DNA from: Perkinsela sp. CCAP 1560/9
Lineage: Eukaryota; Protista; Euglenozoa: Kinetoplastea
DNA length: 55,264 nt
Direction: 5' to 3'
Assembly (NCBI GenBank): GCA_965644495.1
Contig: CBFFSA010000051.1
Location: 1 to 55,264 of the forward strand
A model generated the notes under the pieces. That model did no database searches. It saw nothing but the letters and a program-made list of their open reading frames with translations, and was not told where the DNA came from. This document shows, in pieces, positions 44,524 through 55,264 of the stretch. Every line of letters begins with the position of its first letter. Positions within the stretch are counted from its first letter, which is position 1. Made by a program: the position numbers and the translations under genes.

Positions 44524-47500
44524 TCATACCTTTGTTAGTAGAAGGCTACTGCTTGAAAGATGTTTCAAATTTCTTGCAGTAGCCCCTATCGGTATGCAGA
44601 GGGAAGCGTGTATTGTGCAACAGTGCAGTACTGATGCGGCGATCCCAGTGGGCGACATTCCAATACATTGGCTTCCCAGTTCTTGCATTATGAAACGGAA
44701 AACTAGACTTTTCCCGGTTCCGGAGCCACCGAGCAGAAACATACATTTCCGCTCGGGGTCTAGTTTCCCGTTTAGTAAATCTTCAATTTGATTTACGCAC
44801 TGTTTCTGTGCTTGCAACAGTTCAATGGAACTGTTGTCTTCGCGCAATATGTAGCTGCGATCAAACTCGTATTGATTACTGCGAGCCAGTGGACGATCCT
44901 CATTAAAATGAGCTCTGTCCACTGGTGCACTTGGCTCAGATTGAGCCGAAGTTGCAAATCGTTCGTTTTGGATCATTTCAGCATAGCGCTCTCGCGCATT
45001 TATGACTGAAATATTGGACCTCGTCCTTGTCATTTTCGATGCAAGATCAACATTTTCTTCAGAGGAGTTCTCAGTAGAACCTCCTAACGCGGCCGTTAAA
45101 GCTCGCGTTTGTAGTTCGCAGTATGCATTCTGCTGAACCAATCGCTCTTCATTAACCACTGCAGTGTTCTGCTGTGCTTCAAGAGCATCTTGAAGATGAG
45201 GTTCAACCTCTCGCACTTCAAGCTCATTTTCGTACGCAATGTTGCGTGCTAATCTTGCTTCTTCCAGAGTGCAAGCATCTTTGCGTCGATACAAATCTGC
45301 CGCGTTCTCTGTATTCTTCGAAGCATGTAAAAGCCGAAGAAAGTTGCACATTATGTCATACTTTCCAGGCGTATTTATTTTCGCTTCATTGAGAAGCTTT
45401 TCAAACCCTTCTAGGGTCATTTCATGGCTCGGTGAGCCTTTCGTCCATGGGGAAAACAATGCCACCATGTGTTTCGCTACTCGAAGATGGATTCGAGCTC
45501 GTGCCCCAGGTTCTTTTGAAGAACTCAATATGGGAAAACCTGGTATAGCTGGCACAGTGTGCAAAGAGCGCAACTGTTGCTCAACAATATCTCCAGGCTC
45601 AAAATCGGGGAGGCCTTCAATGTCCTCAAAGGCGTATCTCCCATTAGCACGACGTCCGCGACGACGTCTTCGATTTGTCCCTGACTCAAAATCTGAATCA
45701 TGACCGGGCTCTTCTTGAGCTAGTTCAGCTCTTTTCTTCTTTACGCTGACAATGCCTGCATAGGAATACAGGTCAAGGTCTTGAAGATCTTCGCCCCTGT
45801 GCATGTAACTCACATGGAGTGGTGCAAGAACTGCACAATCATGTTCGTTGATCATTAGAGGAGCCTCTAAGATACCGTTGTCGAACTCCATATCAGAGTC
45901 TTGTGACGAATCATCGTCACTGATTTCTAGATCTCTGTGATCTGAATCACTTGAGATATTTGCCAGGAACTTCATTACACGGTTCATATTGATCCATGTG
46001 AAGTTATGGCTCATATACTCGGAGGATTGGCCGAGACAAAAGGCAGTTGCTATTTCGATTGAAACTTCTATCTTTCGATGTGTCATGTTCGACAATTTCT
46101 GTAGAATTAAGCGTGCCATCGGAATGTCAGTTTGCACTCTGTGCTCTGAATTCAGAACCATTTGAAGGTGGTCATTGGCTGCGCGAAGTGCTGGTACAAT
46201 GTACACAGGTGGACCAATGTCCTTGCTCATATATTTTATGAGATATTGCATAATTTTTATGCCGGGACCTTCGCTCCCAATGAAAACAACACATGTATTG
46301 CATCTTACGCAAGCAATGTGTGTTTCATTGTACGGAACGGTGATGGATCCCCGTTTAGTGTGTTGTGTCGGGTCCTGGTTATTGCGAAGAAGCACAATCA
46401 GAGACCTTTCATCAAGTACTGGCCAAATGGTATCATTTTTAAGCGGCCGTGTTGGAGCCTTGGGCCGGAATTCCGGTTGTCCGGATTCATCCATCTGAAC
46501 CTCAACCTCTCTAACTTCCGTTTCATTTTCATGAAGTACGGATGGAATGCCATATCGGCATTTCTTCTTGATAATGTTTCCTTTCATTTTGAAACACATG
46601 GGTTTGTGACCAACGTGCTGCTGAACATCAACAGCACATTCGGCCACATGTTCCCTGAAATAATCATCCTTTTCATCAGGAATGATATGTAGACCTCCGC
46701 GATACATCTTTGAGTAGTCGAGCGTTGCAGGGCCGTAGAGCTCCTTACTGATCCTTTGCGCCCGCTCGGGCAGATCAGCGCGCATCGTCGTACCCAAAGA
46801 CTTCGCGAGACCATCGTGCTCCTTCACAATGTGAATTAATTCGGAGACGTAATGTGGACTAAGATTGTTCCATAGCACACTATGAAAGTGTAGCGCACCT
46901 CTTTTCTGGCATTTTACAACACCAAAAAATGCTCGAGGGCGACCAAAGAGGCCTTCAAGAACGTCACGTTCCTTCTTTACCTCATCTACATTCGACATTC
47001 CGTACAATTCGGTAAGAAGAGTACGGATTTGCCGTTCGAAAATGCTAGTGGATCTGACAGGATTCCCTTGCACAAGCTCACATCGCTTGAGAAGGTTGGC
47101 CCCCATTTCCTGCATTTTTTCGCTCTCATCATTTGTGATGATTCTTAGAGCTAGAACGTTATCGTTCATGTTTGGACTCACTGTGACCCAGTAACTTGGC
47201 AGTCCGTATCGCCTGTATAAGGCGTAGATCTGGCCTTGTGATGCCTTTCGCTTTGCTGGCGAAAAGGGTATCGTTTTTGCGCATACTTGCACAAATGGCA
47301 GAAACTTTGTTTCCAGAAGTTTCGCCTCGGAACTGTTTGGGTTCCTTATAGCCTGTTGTACAATGTGATAGAAAGCATCAGCATTGCAAAAATTCATGAG
47401 GCTTCTGTGCATATCTTTGTTATGCTTCAGATTTTGCACTACTGCTGATGAGACTGCACGGCGCCGAAGCACATCGTAGCAGTAAAATATGAATCCAGTA

Positions 47501-47886
47501 TTCTTTGCAAATCGGGAATCCGATTGCTCTAGAATTTCCTTGATTTCATATAGTTCAAACGTTGAACCCTTAAAAGGGTACTTTTGCATCAGCGTCGGAA
47601 ATGCTCCGAGCAAGATGTTTTCCATGTCGGTATACTCATTGAGTAAACCTTCTTTTTGTTTCAGTTGCATCGCCACGGCATGCGTAATTTGCGCACCCGC
47701 CGGCGCATTGCTTACAGGGCTGTGATCAGTTACAAAAGATCGTGTGATTTCACCGCGAGGATCGCGATGTAACGTATCGGAAGCCACTTCTTGGGTGACC
47801 ATACTGTTGATGGCGTTTTCACCCTCCTGGGAAACAGATCTATCCCAAAGATGTGAGACAACGTCTCCAATGTTTCTCGGTAACAA
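44524..47886 (-). pseudogene. Helitron Rep (HUH endonuclease) plus helicase N-terminus
   Basis: AFPTL, DSRFAKN..FIFY, YGLPSYWVTVSP, VKCQKRGALHFH, VPYN, YLIKYMSK, LFSPW, GGSGTGKS, TIHASL. Confidence 0.92.
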
Positions 47887-49387
47887 CGTTGATCTTTCCT
47901 TCCTCTTTCAGTTGAGCATACACGTGGTTATGCTCACAGAGGAAGTTTACCCAGGTGTTCAGGGTCTCTGATTTCACGCCGAATATGCCACTCAGCTGTG
48001 CAGAACATAGTCTTTGACTACGTTTCGTTCTCCGTTCGTTTGCTATCCAAACAATTTGGATGTTCTTAATCGCGCCCTCGAGATCAGGAACTCTTTCAAG
48101 TTGCAAGAGCTCAAGGGTTTCGCGTGCTGTAGCCGTCACGTGTCCAGTGAACTTCTTGTCTGGCCTTAAGGATGCGGCATATGCGCCACCTTTCCTATGT
48201 ACACTGATGATTGTGCAGTGTAAAAACACCTTTTGAAGAAGGATCTCTTCTACCAGCGTGGGTACTGGAAGGTGATTTGTAGAAGGTTGTTCTACTGGAC
48301 CGCGGGGAATTCTCCCTTTTTTGTCCATTATTCTTTGATCCCTTGCACAAAGTTGCGCTTCGGGATTCGGAAGGTCACTTTCGAGAAGAATAACTTTACA
48401 AGAATCACAACTTGTGATACGTTGGTCGTCGTTCATTCTCTTTTTGTACCTTTTCATGCACTCTTCTTGAGCTTCCGTACTGACTGAAAAATCTTCCAAA
48501 GGAAGACGATCAATGTAGGAAGTCTCATAGAAGTATTTTAGTGCGTCTTTTGGATTGCGCTCAATGTCGAAACGTGTTCGACGTGAGCCATCTCCATTGA
48601 CTTCGTATGTGTCAAAATTGACAATACATTTCGCGATGCAACATCGTTCAAGCCAGTACCGAAGTTCATTGGCTGAAGATTCTTTGCATATTTCGTTTGT
48701 GTGAAAGATGGTATTTTCACACACCTGCATGATAGCATATGCTGCACTGTCAATAGTGCTAGCATTCGTCACATTCGTGACAGTTGCTTGATTCAAAATT
48801 GAAACAATTTCATTTTCAAGAGAGGGACTCTTAATAAACGTATAAACGTTCTTTTCACCCTTCTTTTTCAAGGAAACAATGACCCATATGGGTCCCGATG
48901 ATTCATCTGTTTCCAAGTATGTAAATATGTGTAAACCCACACGGTTCCTTGAAGTGAACTTGTCACATTCATTGAATGGACATACTTTCACAGGAAATCG
49001 TCGTGTGTTAATGGTTTTACATAATACATTTTCCACAAAGTAGAGAATCTCTACTGATTTTAGTGGATGATCTAGCCTTGTGAATGCTTCTTTGGTACGC
49101 TTTTCTTGTGGATACAAAGTGAGGGGTATAACCCCCACTTCGCCTTTTTCCAGTGAAGCTTCGAGCCACTTCCAGAGTGATAAAAGTTTATCACGTTCTG
49201 TCAGTTTCGGCCAATCACGGTCTTGCGTGATAGTGTAGGCTATCGCTCCCAGGGAGAGCTCACCTTCATCGTTTCCTACTAAAGGAACTGGCGTAGTAGC
49301 CATGCTTCCAATATTGTAGACTGTTCGAATTGCCGCTATCTGTGTTTCCATAGAAGCTGCGCAATTGTATGTGAACACTCGTCGTTT
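47840..49387 (-). pseudogene. Helitron polyprotein middle part (protease-like segment and DUF6570-like pre-Rep domain)
   Basis: PTLVEEILL..FTGHVTA..IQIVWI..WVNFLCEHNHVY matches the pre-Rep region of Helitron2/Helentron proteins. Confidence 0.7.
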
Positions 49388-49772
49388 CCAAATCCAAAAA
49401 ATCCAAATCATTCCGGATTGCTCCGGATGGTCACTGGCAAGCCAGACCCTTCACAGACAGATTTGGAAGTTCCGAGGCCGACGTCCTCTACCAGTTTCCG
49501 CTTGTCCAAGGCGGCACCAACGTGCTGTTACCAACACGCTGCGTCGACGAACTGTACGTCAACACGGCTTGCCCAAGAGGTGTAAGCCGGGTAAGGGAGC
49601 TGGTTCCCTGACGGGAGGGTCCGGGACGGTCCTCCGAGTACTGGGCCTAGTCGGTTATCAGCCCAGCCTCTTAGAGTGAGGCCGCCGGGAATATTGCGAT
49701 GAGCGGGTTTGAACTCGCCGTCTGAGCACCATGTGCTTCAAACTTTGAATTCTTGCCACTCCGCCACCTCCG
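49388..49772 (-). mobile_element. tRNA-derived SINE (copy 2) inserted in the Helitron ORF
   Basis: A-box TGGCGGAGTGG, B-box GAGTTCAAACC, 3' hairpin TCCGGA-GCAA-TCCGGA, (GGATTT)n tail, 10-bp TSD CTCGTCGTTT (49378-49387 / 49773-49782). Confidence 0.88.
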
Positions 49773-51770
49773 CTCGTCGTTTAGTCAGACATACCATGGC
49801 GAGGCAATCGCCATTCCCTTTAACGTAAACGACGTTATGTCCATCATGATGTCTCTGAATAGAGCATCTTTTATCTCCATCGCTTTGGAGGGTTTCATCA
49901 CAAACAATGTGTGAATTGATGAGAATATTCGCAATCAGTTGAAAAGATGTGAGTGTTAGCGTGGAGCATTGCTTCACACGTTCCAGATCATCATCCTGCG
50001 ATACTGCATGAGCTCTATTGCGCTCAGCTTGTGTGATCCGAAGTCGAAAAGCCCGAGCTTCAGCATGCCGCGGATGGCGGTAAAAATGCTTTTGAAGCCC
50101 CTTAAACGTGAACATTTGTTCGGTAGCGCACAAAGTGCACTTGAACTTGTTCTGTTCGCAGTGGGGGGCAAATTCGATCCAGTCGACTTTTGTTTGAACA
50201 TAACGTGTATGCTCACTTGATACCAAATGATATTGATCTGCTGGGATAATACCCGTTGTTCCTTGAATCTGTGCGAAATACGCACATACTTCGCACAGAG
50301 GAACATTCATATCAGTTTGGAGCACCTGTGAAGGGTGTCCCATACTGAGTATGTGTCGCATCATAGATTTGACACTTAGTTTGCGCATGGCGTGCAGTGC
50401 GCATACATACGATCCATTAGAGAAACTTACGTGAAGCTCCCATTTCGGATGTAGATACGCCATTTCCCGATGTTTCAGAGAATTCGCGTGATTAGTATCC
50501 ACCATGACTGGCGGGAAATCTTGCAAGATAGAAAAGTAATTGCAAGGAATACATAAATGCATTCCTTCGCAATGTTGTGCTACATGCTTCATTATAGCCT
50601 CTTTTTCAAGAGGTGTTTCAGAACACCCAGGCAGTTTGCACTGGTATATGTTTTCCGTTTCAAGGACGTTTTCTTCCCAAAATGCGTACCACTGCTTGCG
50701 CTCAGAGCACTTCGCAGGATTGTGCTTCTTGTGGGGCATATCCCCAGCATCAAAGAATGAGCAAGCTTCACAGCTTTGTTCACCTGTTTTCATATGCTTT
50801 TTTTCGACGTGCTTTCTTGCAGCGCCGAGGCTCATCACTTCACCGGAACAAGCGTCCGCAACACACTTGTAACCGGATTCTGTCCCTGCGCTTGCGTGAG
50901 CTATGGGAAGCTCGTGCCATAGTTCGAACAGTTGCTGTTCGTGTTCGTGGCTGATACTCGAAATATGCTCTCGAGTTTTCAAGATAGGACGCTGTCCATG
51001 CATACTCGAAAAAAAGGAGCATGTTTCACAAATGTCGTGATCTCTGCGCCCATGTTCCAAAACATGTTTGCGCATGTAGTAGTACATAAACGTGTACGAC
51101 GAAGGGTTTACTTTACCCCGTGATTCTGCACATTTTGTGCACCGAAAGCCTGCAGACATGGTACCTTGCACCTCAAGGTCCATCCACACGTCGTACATCT
51201 CCTTCTCGGTTTTGTGATTCGCACTCGAGAGATGCTCTCGAGTACGTCTTATGGGGGGTATCCTTGCAACGCCTCGAAGAAGGAGCACTCTTTGCAATGG
51301 GAATGATCCCCGCGCCCATGTTCGAAAACATGTTTGCGCATGTCATCATACTTGAAAGTACGATGTTTAGGGTTTTGATCGCCCTGTGTTGTGGCACATT
51401 TCGTGCACCGAAAGCCTGCAGACATGGTACCTTGCACCTCAAGGTCCATCCACATGTCGTACATCTCCTTCTCGGTTTTGTGATTCGCACTCGAGAGATG
51501 CTCTCGAGTACGTCTTATGGGGGGTATCCCTTGCAACGCCTCGAAGAAGGAGCACTCTTTGCAATGGGAATGATCCCCGCGCCCATGTTCGAAAACATGT
51601 TTGCGCATGTCATCATACTTGAAAGTACGATGTTTAGGGTTTTGATCGCCCTGTGTTGTGGCACATTTCGTGCACCGAAAGCCTGCAGACATGGTGCCTT
51701 GCACCTCAAGGTCCACCCACATGTCGTACATCTCCTTCTCGGTTTTGTGATTCGCACTCGAGAGATGCTC
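49773..51770 (-). pseudogene. Helitron polyprotein N-terminus: tandem C2H2/CCHH zinc-finger repeats and OTU-like motif
   Basis: Repeated C-x2-C..KH..H..C-x2-C..H units; 267-bp near-perfect tandem duplication; 1-nt frameshift near 51262; VYVKGNGDCL. Confidence 0.75.
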
Positions 51771-51990
51771 TCGAAACGAATGGCTAGTATAGGTCCCAAA
51801 CTCTCAAAATACAATAGCGAAAAAAAAATTGAAAAAATATTTTTTTTACCATTTTTTCCGCCAAGTTGAATTTTTTCTCAAATTTTTTTTTTTGAAAAAA
51901 TCTAAACTTGGCGAACCCGTCCTTCGGATACGCGGGGGGATCACCCCCGGGTAAGGGGGTGGAAAATGCGCGCCAAGACCACGGCTACGT

Positions 51991-54900
51991 GTTCACCATG
52001 GGTGCATATTTGGCTAGAGGTTACCGATTTAAGTTTGCGCTGCATTTTGCTGCCATTAGAATCACCGTTGGTATGGTTTTTGCGCTTGTCTTCTGCATGA
52101 GGAATCTCGCCGTAGAATCTCAAAGCCTTTTCTCCCTTGCTTATTTTACTTGCTTGTTTAGCCACCCAGTCTGCCATATAATTATGTGGATTTTCGTTAT
52201 GCGCTTTAACTTTTACGCAGTAGAAGCGCTTTGTCCATCTTAGCGAAATATATGTTTCTTGCAATTTCTGAAGTATAGCGCCTCCCTCAAATGATTTAAA
52301 TCCTATGAATCTGAACCTATGGATAGCTCCATGAAAGAAATCCCAAACATACTCAGAATCCGTGTGCAAAATGACATCTCCGTCGTAGGACAATGCGATG
52401 AGAAGAGCCTCGTGCGCGGCAAAGGATTCTATTTCCTGAATAGATTGAGAGAATTCATGAGGAGGTTTTAACCCAAGAGATATAGAGGGCCCGCGGCGGG
52501 GCAGACTACCCTACAACCTGTGTGAGTTTCATCCTTTTTAACGATTCGTGCTCCATCTGTATAAATGTGTGTTTCATTTGGCCCGATTGGAAATGGTTGC
52601 CGCCCTTCTTCAATGTATTGTAGGGTTTCGTAGCACCCCTTGTTTACCCCCTTTACCAAAAGATTTTCCCATAGTTTTGAGGTTGTTTTAGTGTACGAGG
52701 GTCTGGGTTCAAGCTGATTTTGAAGATTTTCAAGTTTCTTGCACCATTGAGACCGATTTTGACCAAGTTTTAGAATCTCAGATACGTCAGAATGTAACTC
52801 TTTTGCACATTTTTCTGATAGCGAGGGCTTGGAACTCTCATCATTCGTTCTCCATAGTACGGCAGTTACGAATGGAGTAGGGTGACGAATAAGGTGGCCT
52901 ACTAGCGAGGCACGTTGCAATTGTATCACAGTATTGGGCTTTAGGTCAGTGGGGTAAAGAGAGTCTACTCTGCAATGCGCCTCTTTCGAGCACTTGACTC
53001 CCAACATGACCCTCCTCATTCTGTTCATTTGGACTTCCACTTCATGTAGCTCTATCTTATTTAAATTCCAAGTCCCTGGATTATAATAGACCACTGATTG
53101 AACGAGAGACTTAAAGATGTGTAATTTGCTTTTTGGTGATATAGTAGAACTCCATATGGCTTTGAGTTTGTGCATTATTGCCCAACCTAATCGTACACTT
53201 TCTTGTGAGTTTGAGCTGCGATCCTCCTCGTTCTGAGTGCTACCCAAGTAGCGATAATATGTAACTTTTGGTATTTTTTTTTTGTTTGACTTTTGGTATA
53301 TCGCCGAGTGTCACTACTTGCAAAGGTCTTCCATCATCCTTAACTTTACCTAGTGTCATCCGTGCCGTTTTGTTTGGTCCGACATTTATTTTCAAATTAG
53401 CTTTTTCTGCGGAAGTTTTAAGTTTGTGCAACATTGTGCTTAGCTCCTCCTTGGGTTCGGAGAAGAAAACTATATCATCAGCATAATTTATATCAGATAC
53501 ACGCAGTTCCTTTAGGCCTCTGCTCCTAGTTCCTGAGCTATGTGTAACAAGCCCTAAGCGATTTATGTCGATAGATTCAACTAAAATACGATCAAGAACC
53601 ATAATAAACAGGTATGGGGCCAGAACGTCACCTTGAAGAGTCCCCTGTAAAAGTGGAAATGAGTCTGTATTACCGTATGGTGTTTTCACGTGCGATTTGA
53701 GATTTTGATAAATACACATGACCGTAGAACTGAGATTTTCGGGAATATCGAAAGCACGTAATGTCTCTTTTATCGCAGCGAATGATAATGAAGGAAAGGC
53801 TTGTTGAAAGTCGACGAAACAGACGAACACCCCAGCCCCTCGGCGTGATTTTTCCATTATTTCTAAAAACGTTGCCTGAGCGCCAGCTGTTGAGCGGTTT
53901 GGTCGAAAGCCGAATTGATTCCCGCGAAGCGAACTTTCCACTGCTGGTTGTATTCTGTCTAAATTGATTCGATTCAAAATCTTCACTACATGATTCACAA
54001 GACAGATTGGTCTCCAATTTGTGAGTGAGCGCAAGTTACCTTTCTTTGGCAACGGGACCTGCAATATCGATTTCCAAGATTCATCCGCTTTTCCGGTTTT
54101 TCGTACTTCGTTCATTATATCCAGGAGATCATTACGCAAGTCTTGATCAGCTGAAATAGCACGTAGAGCTTCAATCGGGATATGATCATCGCCTGTAGCT
54201 TTTCCTGACTTAATCTTTACCATCGCAGCAGTTAGTTCCTCCACTCGAAATTCACCATCATCAATTTTTGCCAGTCGTTTTGGTGCAGTAGGTAAACTTA
54301 TTGCTTCATGACCTTTGTAAGCACTACCCCCTACCATGCTGAAATGATTCTTCACTATATTAAGGCTGCTGTTTACAGTAGTTGAAACTAGCGGAAAATC
54401 TTGCTTCTTGTCCCCTACAATTTTTCGAATTGTTCTGTACGCGGATTTTGGAGTTGATTTAAGCTCTTTTTCCAGGGCGTCGCACTCATTTATAATAGAG
54501 GAGCCTAGCTTTTCAGAGAATTCTTTTCATGCAGTAGCAAACATAGTTTTATTACCCACAATCTTCAGCAGAGACTTCATGTCAAATCCGGATAGATCTG
54601 TTTCAGCATCAATGCGAATTTCTTTTGCGTTACTAGTTTTCTTAGGCAGACTAGATGCGGCCACTCTAACAGCAGAAGAGGGTCTTGTCCAAGATATTTC
54701 GCTGGCCTTATCTATTTCCATTTTTGGCGCGTTTTCGGACTTCTGATCCTCCGACCGAATTCTTTTTGGCACAGATTTTAAAGATTCCTTTACTTTCGAA
54801 ACAAACTTATTTCGGATTTCATCATTTTTCAATGCCTCCCAAAAAGGCTTTTGTTGAGACAGTTTTTGATTTTTCCATCGAAAATTGAAGTTCGATGTCA

Positions 54901-55264
54901 AAGCACAATGTCTGGTAGGTATGGGTGCGATGTGGCATTTCGTGGATCGTATAGAAGAGAAAAACCTTTTGTTAACAACGATGTGGTCAAGTTGCTTGGT
55001 CATTCCCTCTGGATGCCGACGCGTTTTAGGAAATATATACGTCCATTTTCTTCTTTCACAACAGCCTTCATGTACAGATTGAGCTCCAAGCGAGCATAGT
55101 AGCTTTAGTAACTGTTTTGCACGCTTTGTATAACATTTTCTCCCCCCTGGGTTGAGTAGCGGCGAATTTAGATCTCCACTAATGATTCTTACCATACTAT
55201 CATCGCCATAACATGCATCGAATAAGTCTTCGTCAAAATTTTGTTGCGTCGATTTGTTAGCTTT
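51991..55264 (-). mobile_element. APE-RT-RNase H non-LTR retrotransposon (RTE/RTEX-like), frameshifted, runs off the window
   Basis: APE GDLNS, QLDHIVV; RT WRPICL, FVDFQQAF, QGDVLAPYLF, YADDI; RNase H IYTDGA, HTDSEY, VKAH...N..AD..AK. Confidence 0.9.

Larger units (their letters stand above)
42042..51990 (-). mobile_element. Decayed autonomous-type Helitron2/Helentron
   Basis: Rep HUH motif GALHFHSVLW, Y2 motif YLIKYMSK, Pif1 helicase motifs. Flanked by HINE-A 5' sequence (51780-51990) and A 3' plus half of H (42042-42180) in the same orientation. Confidence 0.88.

Overview
Eukaryotic, intron-less DNA that looks kinetoplastid. Three genomic copies of a kinetoplastid-type spliced-leader (SL) exon are present, every recognisable host gene from 0.66 to 34.5 kb lies on the + strand (polycistron-like), and there is an expanded family of short LRR genes reminiscent of Perkinsela-like prokinetoplastids (taxon is inference). 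Host genes are 7 short LRR proteins, a degenerate ALDH, LCAT/PLA2, a FIST-like protein, RNase H2C, ALG11, an R-SNARE, an EHD/sarcalumenin-like GTPase and two hypotheticals. The window is packed with mobile DNA. (1) A decayed HERO-like RT+RLE retrotransposon (7.8-13.6 kb) begins with the SL exon and carries four Mer3/HFM1-type Zn fingers. A 586-bp non-coding SL-headed element (20.6-21.2 kb) shares its 3'-terminal hairpin, and a third SL-headed copy is the exact GT..AG-spliced form of that element's head, giving an apparent SL-capped LINE/SINE system. (2) Two tRNA-headed SINEs with TSDs share a conserved core. (3) A decayed Helitron2/Helentron-type element (42-52 kb) has ends matching a high-copy non-autonomous hairpin-ended family. 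(4) There are TA-flanked TIR MITEs, a fold-back element and an APE-RT-RNase H LINE. No host gene is recognisable after 34.5 kb.
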